This document shows positions 1-8,966 of a DNA stretch of 64,000 nt, piece after piece. The stretch's first letter is position 1. Each line of letters opens with the position of its first letter. The stretch is from Candidatus Rokuibacteriota bacterium (lineage in GTDB: Bacteria; Methylomirabilota; Methylomirabilia; Rokubacteriales; CSP1-6). Under the pieces are notes generated by a model that had not been told where the DNA came from, searched no databases, and saw nothing but the letters and a program-made list of their open reading frames with translations. Position numbers and translations under genes: made by a program. The stretch covers positions 81,617-145,616 of the forward strand of contig JACPCW010000075.1 of the NCBI GenBank assembly GCA_016184365.1, written 5' to 3'.

Positions 1-293
1 GGCGTGACCGCGCCGCGCGCGAGCTCTTCGAGGATCACCATCGTGGTTCGCATGTCGAGCCCGAGGCCGCCGTACTCCGGTGGCACGAGCGCGCCCAGCA
101 GACCGAGTCCGGCGAGCGTGTCGATCGCCCCGGTCGGATACCGGCGCTCCGATTCCCAGTCCGCGACGCGCGGCGCGAGGTCCTTGTCGACCGCCTGCCG
201 CACGGCGAGCGCGATTGCCTTGACGTCGTCCGGCTCGCTGTCGCGGGACGTCAGCGCGCCGAAGCGCTCGCCGTGGCGCTCGAGCAGGTTGCG
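1..293 (-). CDS. acyl-CoA dehydrogenase N-terminal domain (partial, continues past window start), read in the same frame as the upstream ACAD C-terminus with no intervening stop
   Basis: Reverse-strand translation of 61-300 gives ...ALTSRDSEPDDVKAIALAVRQAVDKDLAPRVADWESERRYPTGAIDTLAGLGLLGALVPPEYGGLG, a typical ACAD N-terminus. There is no start or stop between it and the preceding ACAD C-terminus (…GEGTNEIQRVVITRNLLERHGERFG). Confidence 0.4.
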
Positions 294-1276
294 CGTGATG
301 ACCACGCGCTGAATCTCGTTGGTGCCCTCGCCGATGATCATGAGCGGCGTGTCGCGGTAGTGACGCTCGACCTCGAGACGCTCGAGCTGGCCGGCGGCGC
401 CGTGCAGGCGCAGCGCATCCGTCGCGACCTGCTGCGCGGATTCCGACGCGTAGAGCTTCGCCATGCCGGCTTCGAGGTCGCAGCGGTCGCCGCGGTCCTT
501 CATCGCGCCCGCCCAGTACGTGAGCAGCCGGCCCGCCCAGTACGTGAGCAGCCGTGAGGCGTGCACGCGCGTCGCGATGTCGGCGAGCGCGGGCTCGGGC
601 GCGGCCGTCTCACGCGCGTGCGCGACGCTCGCGTCCAGGGCCGCCTGCGCGACGCCCACGCACCGGGCGGCGATGTTGATCCGGCCGGCCTCGAGCCCGC
701 CCATCACGTGCTTGAAGCCGCGCCCTTCGACGCCGCCGACGAGATTCGCCGCCGGCACGACGAAGTCCTCGAAGACGATCTCGACGGTATCGACGCCCTT
801 GTAGCCGAGCTTCCGGAGACTCTTCATCACGCGGAAGCCCGGATGACCTTTCTCGACGATGAAGCCCGACATGCCGCGGTGGCGCGGGCGCGCGTCCGGA
901 TCCCGTGCGGCTCGGTCAGACACAGTCCCCCGCGGGCCTCGCCCGACGCGAACCGCGGGAGAAACCGGCGGCGCTGCTCCTCGGTCCCGTAGTTCAGCAC
1001 CATCAGCGCGGCCATCGTGTGGCTGTTGATGACGCCGGCGAGCGACATGAACCCGCGGCACAGCTCTTCGATGACGCGCGCGTAGACGCTGACGGACAGA
1101 CCGAGACCGCCGTACTCCGCGGGGACCAGCGAGCCGAACAGGCCGAGCGACTTCATGCGGGCGACGAGCTCGTGCGGATAACGGTCGGCGTGTTCGAGCG
1201 CGGCCGCAGCCGGCCGCACCTCGTCGTCGACGAAGCGCCGGACGACCGAGACGATCGCGTGCTTCGGTGGCCCCAT
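294..1276 (-). pseudogene. acyl-CoA dehydrogenase, disrupted by a frameshift with loss of about 50 aa of the middle beta-domain near 915; carries an in-frame 8-aa tandem duplication
   Basis: ORF 827..1276 encodes an ACAD N-terminus (…VPAEYGGLG…GGLCLTEP) and then leaves frame. A second frame from about 920 down to 300 reads DPDARPRHRGMSGFIVEKGHPGF…HYRDTPLMIIGEGTNEIQRVV, the ACAD middle and C-terminus. The AGSD…TDP segment is absent. Confidence 0.5.
507..554. repeat. perfect 24-bp direct tandem duplication (gcccgcccagtacgtgagcagccg x2) inside the ACAD pseudogene
   Basis: Seen directly in the sequence. It translates to a duplicated RLLTYWAG on the minus strand. Confidence 0.85.
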
Positions 1277-1305
1277 CGGGCCGGATAGTACAATGGAAGG
1301 ACGCG

Positions 1306-2946
1306 ATGCCCCTCGACGATGCCGTCCTGCGCCTGCAATCGCTGATCGATCGGATCGTCCGTCGCCTGCGTCTCGGCCCGCGGCCTGCGCGCGCCTCCCG
1401 CCGTCTGCTGATCGTGCAGATCGACGGGCTGCCGCGGTCGGTGTTCGAGGAAGCGCTCGCGAACGGTCGCATGCCGTTCACGCGACGGCTCCTCGATCGT
1501 CAGGCGTTCCGGACGACGCCGATGAACGTCGGGCTGCCGACGTCGACGCCCGCGTTTCAGATGGCCGCGATGTATGGCGTGCGCCCGGACATCCCGGGCT
1601 TCCACTATCACGACAAGCAGCGGCACGGCGACGTGTACTTTCCGCGCGCCGGCGATGCCGCGCACGTGGAAGCGACGCAGGCGCGCGACCGCTTCGGCAT
1701 CGTCGACGACGGGTCGACCTACGGCTGCGTGTTCACGGGCGGCGCGGCCAGCAACCTGTTCAGCTTTTCCATGTTGAAGCAGCCGAGCGGCGCCGGTGTG
1801 CTGCGGCTCCTATCGACGTTCGTCGTGCTCCTCTGGGTCGTCGTGAAGTGCGTCGGGCTCACGGCGATCGAGCTCCTGCATGCGGTGTTGCGATTGATCG
1901 CCGATCCGGTGAGCGAGGTCTCGCGCGGCTGGAAGTGGCTCGCGATCAAGGTCGGGCTCTCCGTGTGGGTGCGGCAGTTCTTCACGCTCGCCGTCTCCGC
2001 GGACCTCTACCGCGGCGTGCCCGCGATCTACGTGAACTACCTGGACTATGACGTCTTCGCGCATGCGTACGGGCCGCGACACCGGCGGGCCTTCCACGGC
2101 CTCCGGGTCATCGACGCGTCGATGCATCAGCTCTGGAACGTGCTGCGACGCGTGCCCGAGCACGAGTACGACCTGTACATCCTGTCCGATCACGGTCAGG
2201 CGGCGACGATCCCGTACCAGTCGCTCACCGGGGCGCGCATCGAGCGACGGCTCTTCGACGAGTTCTTCGACCCGAGCGGCACGGCGCCCGTCAGCGCGGC
2301 GACGCGTGGCGGCCGCCGGCTGCTCGCCGCCGTCGAGACGCTGCGGGCGCATCGCCGGCACGGCCTGTTCCAGCGGTTCCTCAACTATCTCGAGCGCGAC
2401 TTCATCTCGTGGCTGGGCGACGTGCGCGAAACCCACGAGCGCGCGGGCGTCCGCGTCGTCGCGGCCGGGCCGAACGCCTTCGTGTACTTCATGGAGTCTC
2501 CGGAGCCGCTCACCATCGACGCGATCGATCAGCGGTCGCCGGGGATCGTGGACGAGCTGTCGCGCAGTCGCGGGATCGGGTTCGTGCTCGCGCGCTCGGC
2601 CGCCGGACCCGTCTGCATCTGGCGCGGGAAGCGCTACGGCATCGATGCGCTCGCCGACGGACCGTTCGCGGGCCGGCCCGACCTCGACCTCGTCGCGTCA
2701 GGCATCCGGGATCTGATGGCGATGCGCTGCGCCGGCGATCTCGTCCTCTACGGGCTCGGCGCGACCGACGGCGACGTGTCCTTCATCGGCGAGCAGGGCG
2801 CGCACGCCGGGCCGACGGTCGACGAGATGCAGACGTTCATCGTGCATCCGGCGGATGCGCCGGTGCCGTCGCCGGTCCTTCACCCCATCCAGCTCTACGA
2901 CGTGTTCGTCCGCTATCGGCGGGCTGCGCAGTCGCTCGCCGCGTGA
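1306..2946 (+). CDS. alkaline-phosphatase-superfamily (type I phosphodiesterase/nucleotide pyrophosphatase-like) membrane protein
   Basis: ORF 1267..2946. The N-terminal IDGLPRSVFEEAL… motif resembles metal-dependent phosphodiesterases, with internal hydrophobic segments. The start at M1306 is chosen because 1267 overlaps the divergent ACAD start. Confidence 0.4.
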   Translation: MPLDDAVLRLQSLIDRIVRRLRLGPRPARASRRLLIVQIDGLPRSVFEEALANGRMPFTRRLLDRQAFRTTPMNVGLPTSTPAFQMAAMYGVRPDIPGFHYHDKQRHGDVYFPRAGDAAHVEATQARDRFGIVDDGSTYGCVFTGGAASNLFSFSMLKQPSGAGVLRLLSTFVVLLWVVVKCVGLTAIELLHAVLRLIADPVSEVSRGWKWLAIKVGLSVWVRQFFTLAVSADLYRGVPAIYVNYLDYDVFAHAYGPRHRRAFHGLRVIDASMHQLWNVLRRVPEHEYDLYILSDHGQAATIPYQSLTGARIERRLFDEFFDPSGTAPVSAATRGGRRLLAAVETLRAHRRHGLFQRFLNYLERDFISWLGDVRETHERAGVRVVAAGPNAFVYFMESPEPLTIDAIDQRSPGIVDELSRSRGIGFVLARSAAGPVCIWRGKRYGIDALADGPFAGRPDLDLVASGIRDLMAMRCAGDLVLYGLGATDGDVSFIGEQGAHAGPTVDEMQTFIVHPADAPVPSPVLHPIQLYDVFVRYRRAAQSLAA

Positions 2947-3707
2947 CCCGCCTCGTCATCACCAGCTACAACATCCACCGCGGCGTCGGGCTCGACCGCC
3001 GCCGCGATCTCGACCGCATCGCCGCGGTCATCGCCGAGACGGGCGCCGACGTGATCGGCCTCCAGGAAGTGATCGCCGACAACGGCGCGGACCACCTGAA
3101 CCAGGGCGCGTACATCGCGTCGAAGCTCGGCATGCATGTCGTGATGGGCGAGACGCGCGAGCTGGCCGGCGGCGCGCTGTACGGCAACGCGGTGCTCAGC
3201 CGTCTCCCGGTCCTCGGGTTCTCGCGCTGCGACCTGTCGTGGCGCGCGCGCGAGCCGCGCGGATGCGTGCGCGTCGATCTCGGCATCCACGGCACGTCGG
3301 TCCACGTGTTCAACTGCCACTTCGGACTGGCGCTCCGCGAGCGCCGCGATCAGTTCCACCTCCTCGCGCGCTTCATCAAGGACTCGGCGAGCCTCGCCGG
3401 ACCGCGCGTGTTGATGGGCGACTTCAACGAGTGGCACACGGGGCCGATCACGCGCGGGTTGAAGCGCGAGTTCTCGTCGCCCATGCGCTTCATGCGCCGG
3501 ACGCATCCGTCGTGGTTTCCGCTCTTCGCCCTCGACCGGATCTACTGGGACGTGGAGCTGGAAGGGCAGGAGTTCCACGTGCACCGGAGCAAGCTCGCCC
3601 GCCTCGCCTCCGACCATCTGCCGGTCGTGGTGACGATGCGCGTGCGGCATCCCGTCGCGCACGCCGTGCCGTACCTGGTCGGCGACGCGCTGCCGCCGCC
3701 GGAGTAG
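2943..3707 (+). CDS. endonuclease/exonuclease/phosphatase (EEP) family protein
   Basis: Translation VTRLVITSYNIHRG…GLQEV…GDFNEWH…SDHLPVV carries typical EEP motifs. The GTG start overlaps the upstream TGA (GTGA). Confidence 0.75.
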   Translation: MTRLVITSYNIHRGVGLDRRRDLDRIAAVIAETGADVIGLQEVIADNGADHLNQGAYIASKLGMHVVMGETRELAGGALYGNAVLSRLPVLGFSRCDLSWRAREPRGCVRVDLGIHGTSVHVFNCHFGLALRERRDQFHLLARFIKDSASLAGPRVLMGDFNEWHTGPITRGLKREFSSPMRFMRRTHPSWFPLFALDRIYWDVELEGQEFHVHRSKLARLASDHLPVVVTMRVRHPVAHAVPYLVGDALPPPE

Positions 3708-3734
3708 CCGGGCGCCGCCGCCCTGACCTTCTAC

Positions 3735-4895
3735 ATGGACCGCTACGAGGTGACCGGCGCGCAGTTCGAGCGGTTCGTGCGCGTGACCGGGCATCGGACG
3801 ACTGCGGAGCGCGAGGGGTGGGGGTGGGTGTGGCGGCAAAAGGACGGCGCATGGCAGTCGGTGAAGGTCGATGGGGCCGACTGGGGGAAACCGAACGGTC
3901 CCGGATCCTGGAGCGAAGCGAAGCATCCGGTGGTCCAGGTGTCGTGGCATGACGCGGATGCGTATTGCCGCTGGGCGGGGAAGCGGCTGCCGACCGAGGC
4001 CGAGTGGGAGAAGGCGGCGCGCGGCACGGATGGCCGGCGCTACCCGTGGGGCGACGCGTGGGATGAGACGAGAGTCGGAGACTGGAAGAACGACCGCACC
4101 CATGCCGTCGGCTCAGCGACGCGAGGCGTGAGCCCGTACGACGTGCACGATATGGCGGGGAACGTCTGGGAGTGGGTCGCGGACTGGTTCCACGAGGACT
4201 ATTACACGCATCGCGCGCTCGACCGCTGCCAGGCGCTCATGCGCTGCCATCCGTACGTGCTGAAGTCCGACGTCTCGAAGTTCTTTCCGAGCGTCGACCA
4301 CGAGATCCTCGACGCGCTGCTCACGAAGCGTGTCCGTTGCGCGCGCACGCGGCAGCTGATGCGGTCGATCCTCGCGAGCGGCGCCGGCATTCTTGCCGAC
4401 GAGTACCGGATGACGTGGTTCCCCGGCGACACGCTGCCGAGCCCGCTCGACCGCCCGCGCGGCTTGCCGATCGGCAACCTCACGAGCCAGTTCTGGGCGA
4501 ACGTGTACCTGCACGAGCTGGACGGCTTCGTCGTCCGTCGGCTCGGCCGGGACGCTTACTTGAGATACGTCGACGATTTCCTGGTCTTCGGCCACACCAA
4601 GGCCGAGCTGCACGAGGTGCGAGCCCAGATCGAGGCGTTCCTCGTCGGGCTCCGGCTGACGGTGCATCCGACGAAGACACGCGTCTGCCCCGTCGCCGCC
4701 GGAGTGCCGTTTCTGGGCTTCGTCCTCCGCCCCGGCCGAGTCCGGCTCAAGCGCGAGTCTGTCCGCCGGTTCACCCGCCGGATGCGGCGTGCTCGCCGCG
4801 CGCTCGTCGAGCGCGCGCTGACCGTCGAACGGCTGAGCGCGTCGGTGAGGAGTTGGATCGCGCACGCCGCGTACGGTCAAACCTACCGGCTGTGA
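3735..4895 (+). CDS. chimeric ORF: an FGE/SUMF1-like (C-type lectin fold) fragment fused in frame to a DGR-type reverse transcriptase lacking its N-terminal motifs
   Basis: About 160 N-terminal aa have FGE-fold motifs ([17 protein letters not shown], [34 protein letters not shown], [10 protein letters not shown]). The remainder has RT motifs: [26 protein letters not shown] (the SQ variant typical of DGR RTs), [26 protein letters not shown] and a C-terminal [12 protein letters not shown]. Confidence 0.55.
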   Translation: MDRYEVTGAQFERFVRVTGHRTTAEREGWGWVWRQKDGAWQSVKVDGADWGKPNGPGSWSEAKHPVVQVSWHDADAYCRWAGKRLPTEAEWEKAARGTDGRRYPWGDAWDETRVGDWKNDRTHAVGSATRGVSPYDVHDMAGNVWEWVADWFHEDYYTHRALDRCQALMRCHPYVLKSDVSKFFPSVDHEILDALLTKRVRCARTRQLMRSILASGAGILADEYRMTWFPGDTLPSPLDRPRGLPIGNLTSQFWANVYLHELDGFVVRRLGRDAYLRYVDDFLVFGHTKAELHEVRAQIEAFLVGLRLTVHPTKTRVCPVAAGVPFLGFVLRPGRVRLKRESVRRFTRRMRRARRALVERALTVERLSASVRSWIAHAAYGQTYRL

Positions 4896-4942
4896 TCCGC
4901 GGTGATCGGCGAATTCGTGTTCGGCGATGGCCGGTGAGCAGG

Positions 4943-5299
4943 ATGAGCCTGGAGTCGCCGGTCTTCGTCAAGACGTACGACCTCCTGCGGTGGGTGCTGC
5001 CGTCCACGGCGAAGTTTCCGAAGCAGCAGCGCTTCGTCCTCGCGCGCCAGATCGAGGACGCGGCGTTCGCGCTTCATCGCGCGATGCTTCGCGCGGCGCG
5101 GGAGCCCGGGCCGTCGCTGCGCGAGGCCGATCTCGAGCTCGCCGCGCTGCGGACCTACCTGCGGCTGGCGTGCGAGCTGAAGTTCTATTCGGTCAACCAG
5201 TACGAGCACGCCGCGCGTCTCACCGGCGAGATCGGGCGGCTGATCGGCGGCTGGACGCGGTCATTGACGGCACCAACGGCCTCCCGTGGCCGCTCTTGA
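4943..5299 (+). CDS. avd: Avd-like accessory variability determinant (four-helix-bundle protein family)
   Basis: 119 aa: MSLESPVFVKTYDLLRWVLPSTAKFPKQQRFVLARQIEDAA…, resembling the four-helix-bundle (23S rRNA-intervening-sequence protein) family to which DGR Avd proteins belong. It lies directly downstream of the RT. Confidence 0.55.
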   Translation: MSLESPVFVKTYDLLRWVLPSTAKFPKQQRFVLARQIEDAAFALHRAMLRAAREPGPSLREADLELAALRTYLRLACELKFYSVNQYEHAARLTGEIGRLIGGWTRSLTAPTASRGRS

Positions 5300-5334
5300 C
5301 CGAGGTAGCTTCTGGAGGCTACCGTGTGGGCACC

Positions 5335-5646
5335 ATGAGAGCAGTCGGCCTCAAGGTCTTGAAGAACAAGCTGAGCGAGTACGTGCGGCTCGCGCAAGGA
5401 GGCGAAACGATCCTGGTCACCGACCGTGACCGCGTCGTCGCCGAGCTCGTGCCGCCTCGGCCCGGCCGCGGTGAACTGGTCACGGACGCCGTGATCGCGG
5501 AGCTGGTGCGAAACGGCTGGGTGACCCCGGCGTCCGCGCCGCGCGGCGGTCCACCTCCTCGCAGACCGGTGGCGCGGTTCGATGACCTCATGCGGGAACT
5601 CGACGCGGACCGGGCCGACCGGTGGTCTACCTCGACGCCTCGGTAG
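5335..5646 (+). CDS. type II antitoxin, Phd/YefM (prevent-host-death) family
   Basis: MRAVGLKVLKNKLSEYVRLAQGGETILVTDRDRVVAELVP is the antitoxin consensus. It overlaps the downstream PIN gene. Confidence 0.7.
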   Translation: MRAVGLKVLKNKLSEYVRLAQGGETILVTDRDRVVAELVPPRPGRGELVTDAVIAELVRNGWVTPASAPRGGPPPRRPVARFDDLMRELDADRADRWSTSTPR

Positions 5647-6008
5647 CGCTCGCGCACATCTTCGCCGAGGACCGGGTGCCGCCGGGAGCCCTCTGGGACG
5701 AATCGTTGATCGCGAGCCGCCTGATCCAGTACGAGATCTGGACGCGCGTGCATGCTCGCGGAATCGAGCGGTCGCACGGTGACGAGGTCCGGGCGCTGCT
5801 GGAGCGTGTCGCGCTCGTGGAGATGACGCCGCTCGTTCTGGCGAGAGCCGCCGAACCGTTCCCGTTGCCGGTCCGCACGCTCGATGCACTGCACCTCGCC
5901 ACGGTGGAATTCCTCCGCGGCCGCGGCCAGGCGCTCGAGCTGGCGACCTACGACGACCGCATGCTCGCAGGCGCGCGGGCGCTCGGGATTCCCGTCCGGC
6001 CGCTCTGA
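5622..6008 (+). CDS. vapC: PIN-domain toxin VapC
   Basis: VYLDASVALA…RTLDALHLAT…ATYDDRM with a GTG start and a 25-nt overlap with the antitoxin gene. Confidence 0.75.
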   Translation: MVYLDASVALAHIFAEDRVPPGALWDESLIASRLIQYEIWTRVHARGIERSHGDEVRALLERVALVEMTPLVLARAAEPFPLPVRTLDALHLATVEFLRGRGQALELATYDDRMLAGARALGIPVRPL

Positions 6009-6042
6009 CGGATATGGAACCTCGCGAGGCCGACCGGCAGCG

Positions 6043-7266
6043 TCAGGCCAGGCCAGCGAGCTCCAGCGCTGCGCCGAGCAGCGTGTTGGCGCCGTGCTCG
6101 ATTTCGTCCATGCCCGTGAACTCTTCCTCGCAGTGGCTGCGCCCCGCGCGCGACGGCACGAAGATCATGCCGGCCGGCCCGATCGCCGCCATGTACTGGG
6201 CGTCGTGGCCCGCGCCGGACAGGATGCGCCGGTACGGCGCGCCCGTCGCGCGCGCCGCCCGCTCCACGGCCGCGACGACGTCGGCGGCGAACGGCGTGTA
6301 CGGCACGCGCCAGTAGTGCTCGAGCTCGTAGCGCACGCCCTCGCGCCCGCAGGCCTCGGCCACGACGCGGTCGAGCAGCGGCATCGCGCGATCGAGCGTC
6401 GCATCGCGCGGGTCGCGCATGTCGATGGACATCGTCACGCGGCCGGGAATGGCGTTGACGATGTTCGGATGCACGGTGAGGTTGCCGACGGTCGTGACGA
6501 CGTCCCCGCCGATCTCGCGCGCGATCCGCCGCACACCGCTCACGACCTCCGCGGCGGCGACGAGGGCGTCGTGGCGGATGCGCATCGGCGTCGGGCCGGC
6601 GTGGTCTTGCACGCCGTGGATCGTGAGCCGCGACCACGCGATCGCGACGATGCCCTCGACGACCCCGACCGACCGGCCTTCCTCTTCGAGGAACGGCCCC
6701 TGCTCGATGTGGAGCTCGAGATACGCGCGGAACGCCCGGGGGACGCAGGGCTCCGGGCCGAGATAGCCGATGCGCTCCAGCTCGTCGACCAGCCGGATGC
6801 CGTCCTTGTCGCGGGCGTTGTAGGCGTCTTCGAGCGCGATCTTGCCCGCCATGACCCCGCTCGCGATCATCGCGGGCTGGAACCGCGCGCCCTCTTCGTT
6901 GGTGAAGATCCCCAGCACCACGGGGTGCCGGGTCCGCACGTCGTGGTCGTTGAGCGTGCGGACCACTTCGAGCCCGCACATGACGCCGAGCTGGCCGTCG
7001 TACTTGCCGCCGGTCGGCACGGAGTCGATGTGCGAGCCCATCATGACGGGCGCGACGCGCTCCGTGCCGGGACGCTCGCCGAAGATGTTGCCCATCTGGT
7101 CCACCGACACGCGGAGCCCGACCGCGCGCATCCAGGCGACCATCTGGTCGCGGCCGCGCTTGTCCTCATCGGTCAGGGCCACGCGCGTCAGGCCGCCACG
7201 CGGTGTCTCGCCAATCCGGCCCATCTCGTCCATGGTGCGCTCGAGCCGCGTCCGATCGATCTTCAC
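6043..7266 (-). CDS. Zn-dependent amidohydrolase, M20 family (allantoate amidohydrolase / N-carbamoyl-L-amino-acid hydrolase type)
   Basis: The C-terminal 408 aa of ORF 6043..8493 (VKIDRTRLERTMDEMGRIGE…GSHIDSVPTGGKYDG…) match this family. GTG start with GAAGG upstream; the rest of the long ORF is an artefactual extension. Confidence 0.75.
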   Translation of the reverse strand: MKIDRTRLERTMDEMGRIGETPRGGLTRVALTDEDKRGRDQMVAWMRAVGLRVSVDQMGNIFGERPGTERVAPVMMGSHIDSVPTGGKYDGQLGVMCGLEVVRTLNDHDVRTRHPVVLGIFTNEEGARFQPAMIASGVMAGKIALEDAYNARDKDGIRLVDELERIGYLGPEPCVPRAFRAYLELHIEQGPFLEEEGRSVGVVEGIVAIAWSRLTIHGVQDHAGPTPMRIRHDALVAAAEVVSGVRRIAREIGGDVVTTVGNLTVHPNIVNAIPGRVTMSIDMRDPRDATLDRAMPLLDRVVAEACGREGVRYELEHYWRVPYTPFAADVVAAVERAARATGAPYRRILSGAGHDAQYMAAIGPAGMIFVPSRAGRSHCEEEFTGMDEIEHGANTLLGAALELAGLA

Positions 7267-7841
7267 GGTGAGGCGCCTTCGGACGCCGTCTCCGCGCGCC
7301 GGCGCACTGACCTGATCGCGTGCCACCAGTACGCCGCGGCGATGCCGATCATGAGCAGGGCGCAGAACGAGACGAAGACGACGTTGAACGGCCGCGCGAT
7401 GAAGGCGGGCAGCGGCACGGCGATCGGGCCGACGCCGAGCATGGCGGAGTCGCCGGCGTTGCCCGTCGCCAGGACCCACACGAGGAACGCGGCCGTCGAC
7501 GTGACGAAGATCAATCCGGCCGCATAGCCGAGCGCGTTCCAGACCCAGGCGCCGAGACCGAGCGCCGAGAGCAGGATCCCGGCGCCGAGGAGGACGAACG
7601 GAATCACGAGCACGGCGGCCAGGAGCCGCGGCACGTGAATCTCGGAATCCGGCGTCTCGATGACGTTCACGGCCCGAAGAAACGGGACGAGCCCCATGGC
7701 CGTGACGGCGAGACCGATCGCGGCGGCGCCGGCGCGGCCGCGCGACGTGATCGCGACGGGCATCCGATTGCCGGGGCGTGGCAGGCGCGCCCGCGCACCC
7801 TGTGCGAATCTGCGAGCGGAAGATCGTCGCGCGTCGGTCAT
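7263..7841 (-). CDS. hypothetical integral membrane protein
   Basis: ORF with several hydrophobic helices. It overlaps the amidohydrolase start by 4 nt. The start codon is uncertain. Confidence 0.4.
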   Translation of the reverse strand: MTDARRSSARRFAQGARARLPRPGNRMPVAITSRGRAGAAAIGLAVTAMGLVPFLRAVNVIETPDSEIHVPRLLAAVLVIPFVLLGAGILLSALGLGAWVWNALGYAAGLIFVTSTAAFLVWVLATGNAGDSAMLGVGPIAVPLPAFIARPFNVVFVSFCALLMIGIAAAYWWHAIRSVRRRAETASEGASP

Positions 7842-7881
7842 TCGAAATCCCGAGCGAGTCTAGCAGCATAATGAGAGGCCC

Positions 7882-8427
7882 ATGAGCCACGACCACGCGC
7901 CGCGCATCCTCGCGCCCGCCACCATCCGGTTCTGTCCCCTGTGCGGCGCGGCGCTGACGCGGCAGGCGGTGCCGCCCGATCTGCGTGAGCAGGCGGTGTG
8001 CGAACGCTGCGGGTTCGTGTTCTACCTGAACCCGAAAGTCGTCGCCGCGACGATTCCGGAAGACGACGGCCGTGTGCTGCTCACCCGGCGCACGATCGAT
8101 CCCGGCCGCGGCCTCTGGACGTTTCCCGGCGGTTTCGTCGATTTCGGCGAAACGGCGAGCGACGCGGCGGTCCGCGAGACCTTCGAGGAAACGGGCTTGA
8201 GCGTCGAGCTGACGGGCCTGCTGAACGTCTTCACGTACCCGGCCGCGCCGATCATCATCGTGTATCGCGCACGCGTGCGGTCCGGCGTGCTCACGACGTG
8301 CTCGGAGAACGACGCGCTCGAGTGGATGCCGTCGACGGACATCCCGTGGGAGAAGCTCGCGTTCCAGTCGACGCGTGAAGCCCTGCGCGAGTGGATCGCC
8401 GCGCGCGGGGAGATGCCGCGCGGCTGA
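7882..8427 (+). CDS. NUDIX hydrolase with N-terminal zinc ribbon
   Basis: CPLCGA…CERCG followed by the Nudix box GGFVDFGETASDAAVRETFEETGL. Confidence 0.8.
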   Translation: MSHDHAPRILAPATIRFCPLCGAALTRQAVPPDLREQAVCERCGFVFYLNPKVVAATIPEDDGRVLLTRRTIDPGRGLWTFPGGFVDFGETASDAAVRETFEETGLSVELTGLLNVFTYPAAPIIIVYRARVRSGVLTTCSENDALEWMPSTDIPWEKLAFQSTREALREWIAARGEMPRG

Positions 8428-8437
8428 CGCTGTTCGA

Positions 8438-8507
8438 GTCGCGCCCCGGGTGTCCCGGGGCGCGTACGAGCGATGGGGGGTGTGGGGGGCCATGTCGGGG
8501 CCCCCAC
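8438..8507 (+). repeat. REP/MITE-like palindromic element, copy 1
   Basis: gcgccccgggtgtcccggggcg…gggggtgtggggggccatgtcggggccccca. Three stacked hairpins, intergenic. Confidence 0.6.
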
Positions 8508-8509
8508 CT

Positions 8510-8947
8510 TCAACGATCCCTGCTGGGCAGACCGACGGTCGCCCGGCCGGTGACGACCTTCTCGCCGCGCTGGTTCTCGGCCCAGATCTCGAGCTCGACG
8601 GTGTGCGCGCCGTCCTTGGCCACCTTGTCGACGACGCGCCCGCGGCACGTCACCGTGTCCTTCAATCGGACGAGGCCGGTGAAACGCACGCCGATCTTGC
8701 GCACGCTGCCGGCGCCCGCCCAGTCGGTCACGGCCTGCGCGACGAAGCCCATGGTCAGCATGCCGTGCGCGAACACGCCGCCCATGCCCGCGGCCTTCGC
8801 GAACTCGTCGTCCTGGTGGATCGGGTTGAAGTCGCCGGACGCGCCCGCGTACCGCGTGAGCTGAATCTGCTGGATCGGCCCCTTCTGGAGCGACGTGATC
8901 TCGGCGCCCACGACGACGTCTTCGAAGTAGACCTTGCCGTATTTCAC
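8510..8947 (-). CDS. MaoC-like (R)-hydratase/dehydratase, hot-dog fold (HadB-like)
   Basis: VKYGKVYFEDVVVGAEI…YAGASGDFNPIHQDDEFA…; GTG start preceded by AGGA. Confidence 0.7.
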   Translation of the reverse strand: MKYGKVYFEDVVVGAEITSLQKGPIQQIQLTRYAGASGDFNPIHQDDEFAKAAGMGGVFAHGMLTMGFVAQAVTDWAGAGSVRKIGVRFTGLVRLKDTVTCRGRVVDKVAKDGAHTVELEIWAENQRGEKVVTGRATVGLPSRDR

Positions 8948-8966
8948 CGGCGCCGTCCTCGCGGCG

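Noticed and set aside
913-918. GGATCC (BamHI) hexamer exactly at the ACAD deletion/frameshift junction, as a possible sign of engineering
   Set aside because: A 6-mer is expected by chance many times in 64 kb of GC-rich DNA, and there is no vector-like sequence nearby. It is noted only as a curiosity.
4172-5299. 375-aa ORF covering the RT region in another frame
   Set aside because: Only its last 119 codons, the Avd-like gene from ATG 4943, have a credible start, RBS context and family resemblance. The rest overlaps the RT coding frame.
7267-8493. N-terminal 400-aa extension of ORF 6043..8493
   Set aside because: Only the C-terminal 408 aa match the M20 amidohydrolase. The extension overlaps the NUDIX and membrane-protein genes and is Arg/Gly/Asp-rich noise.
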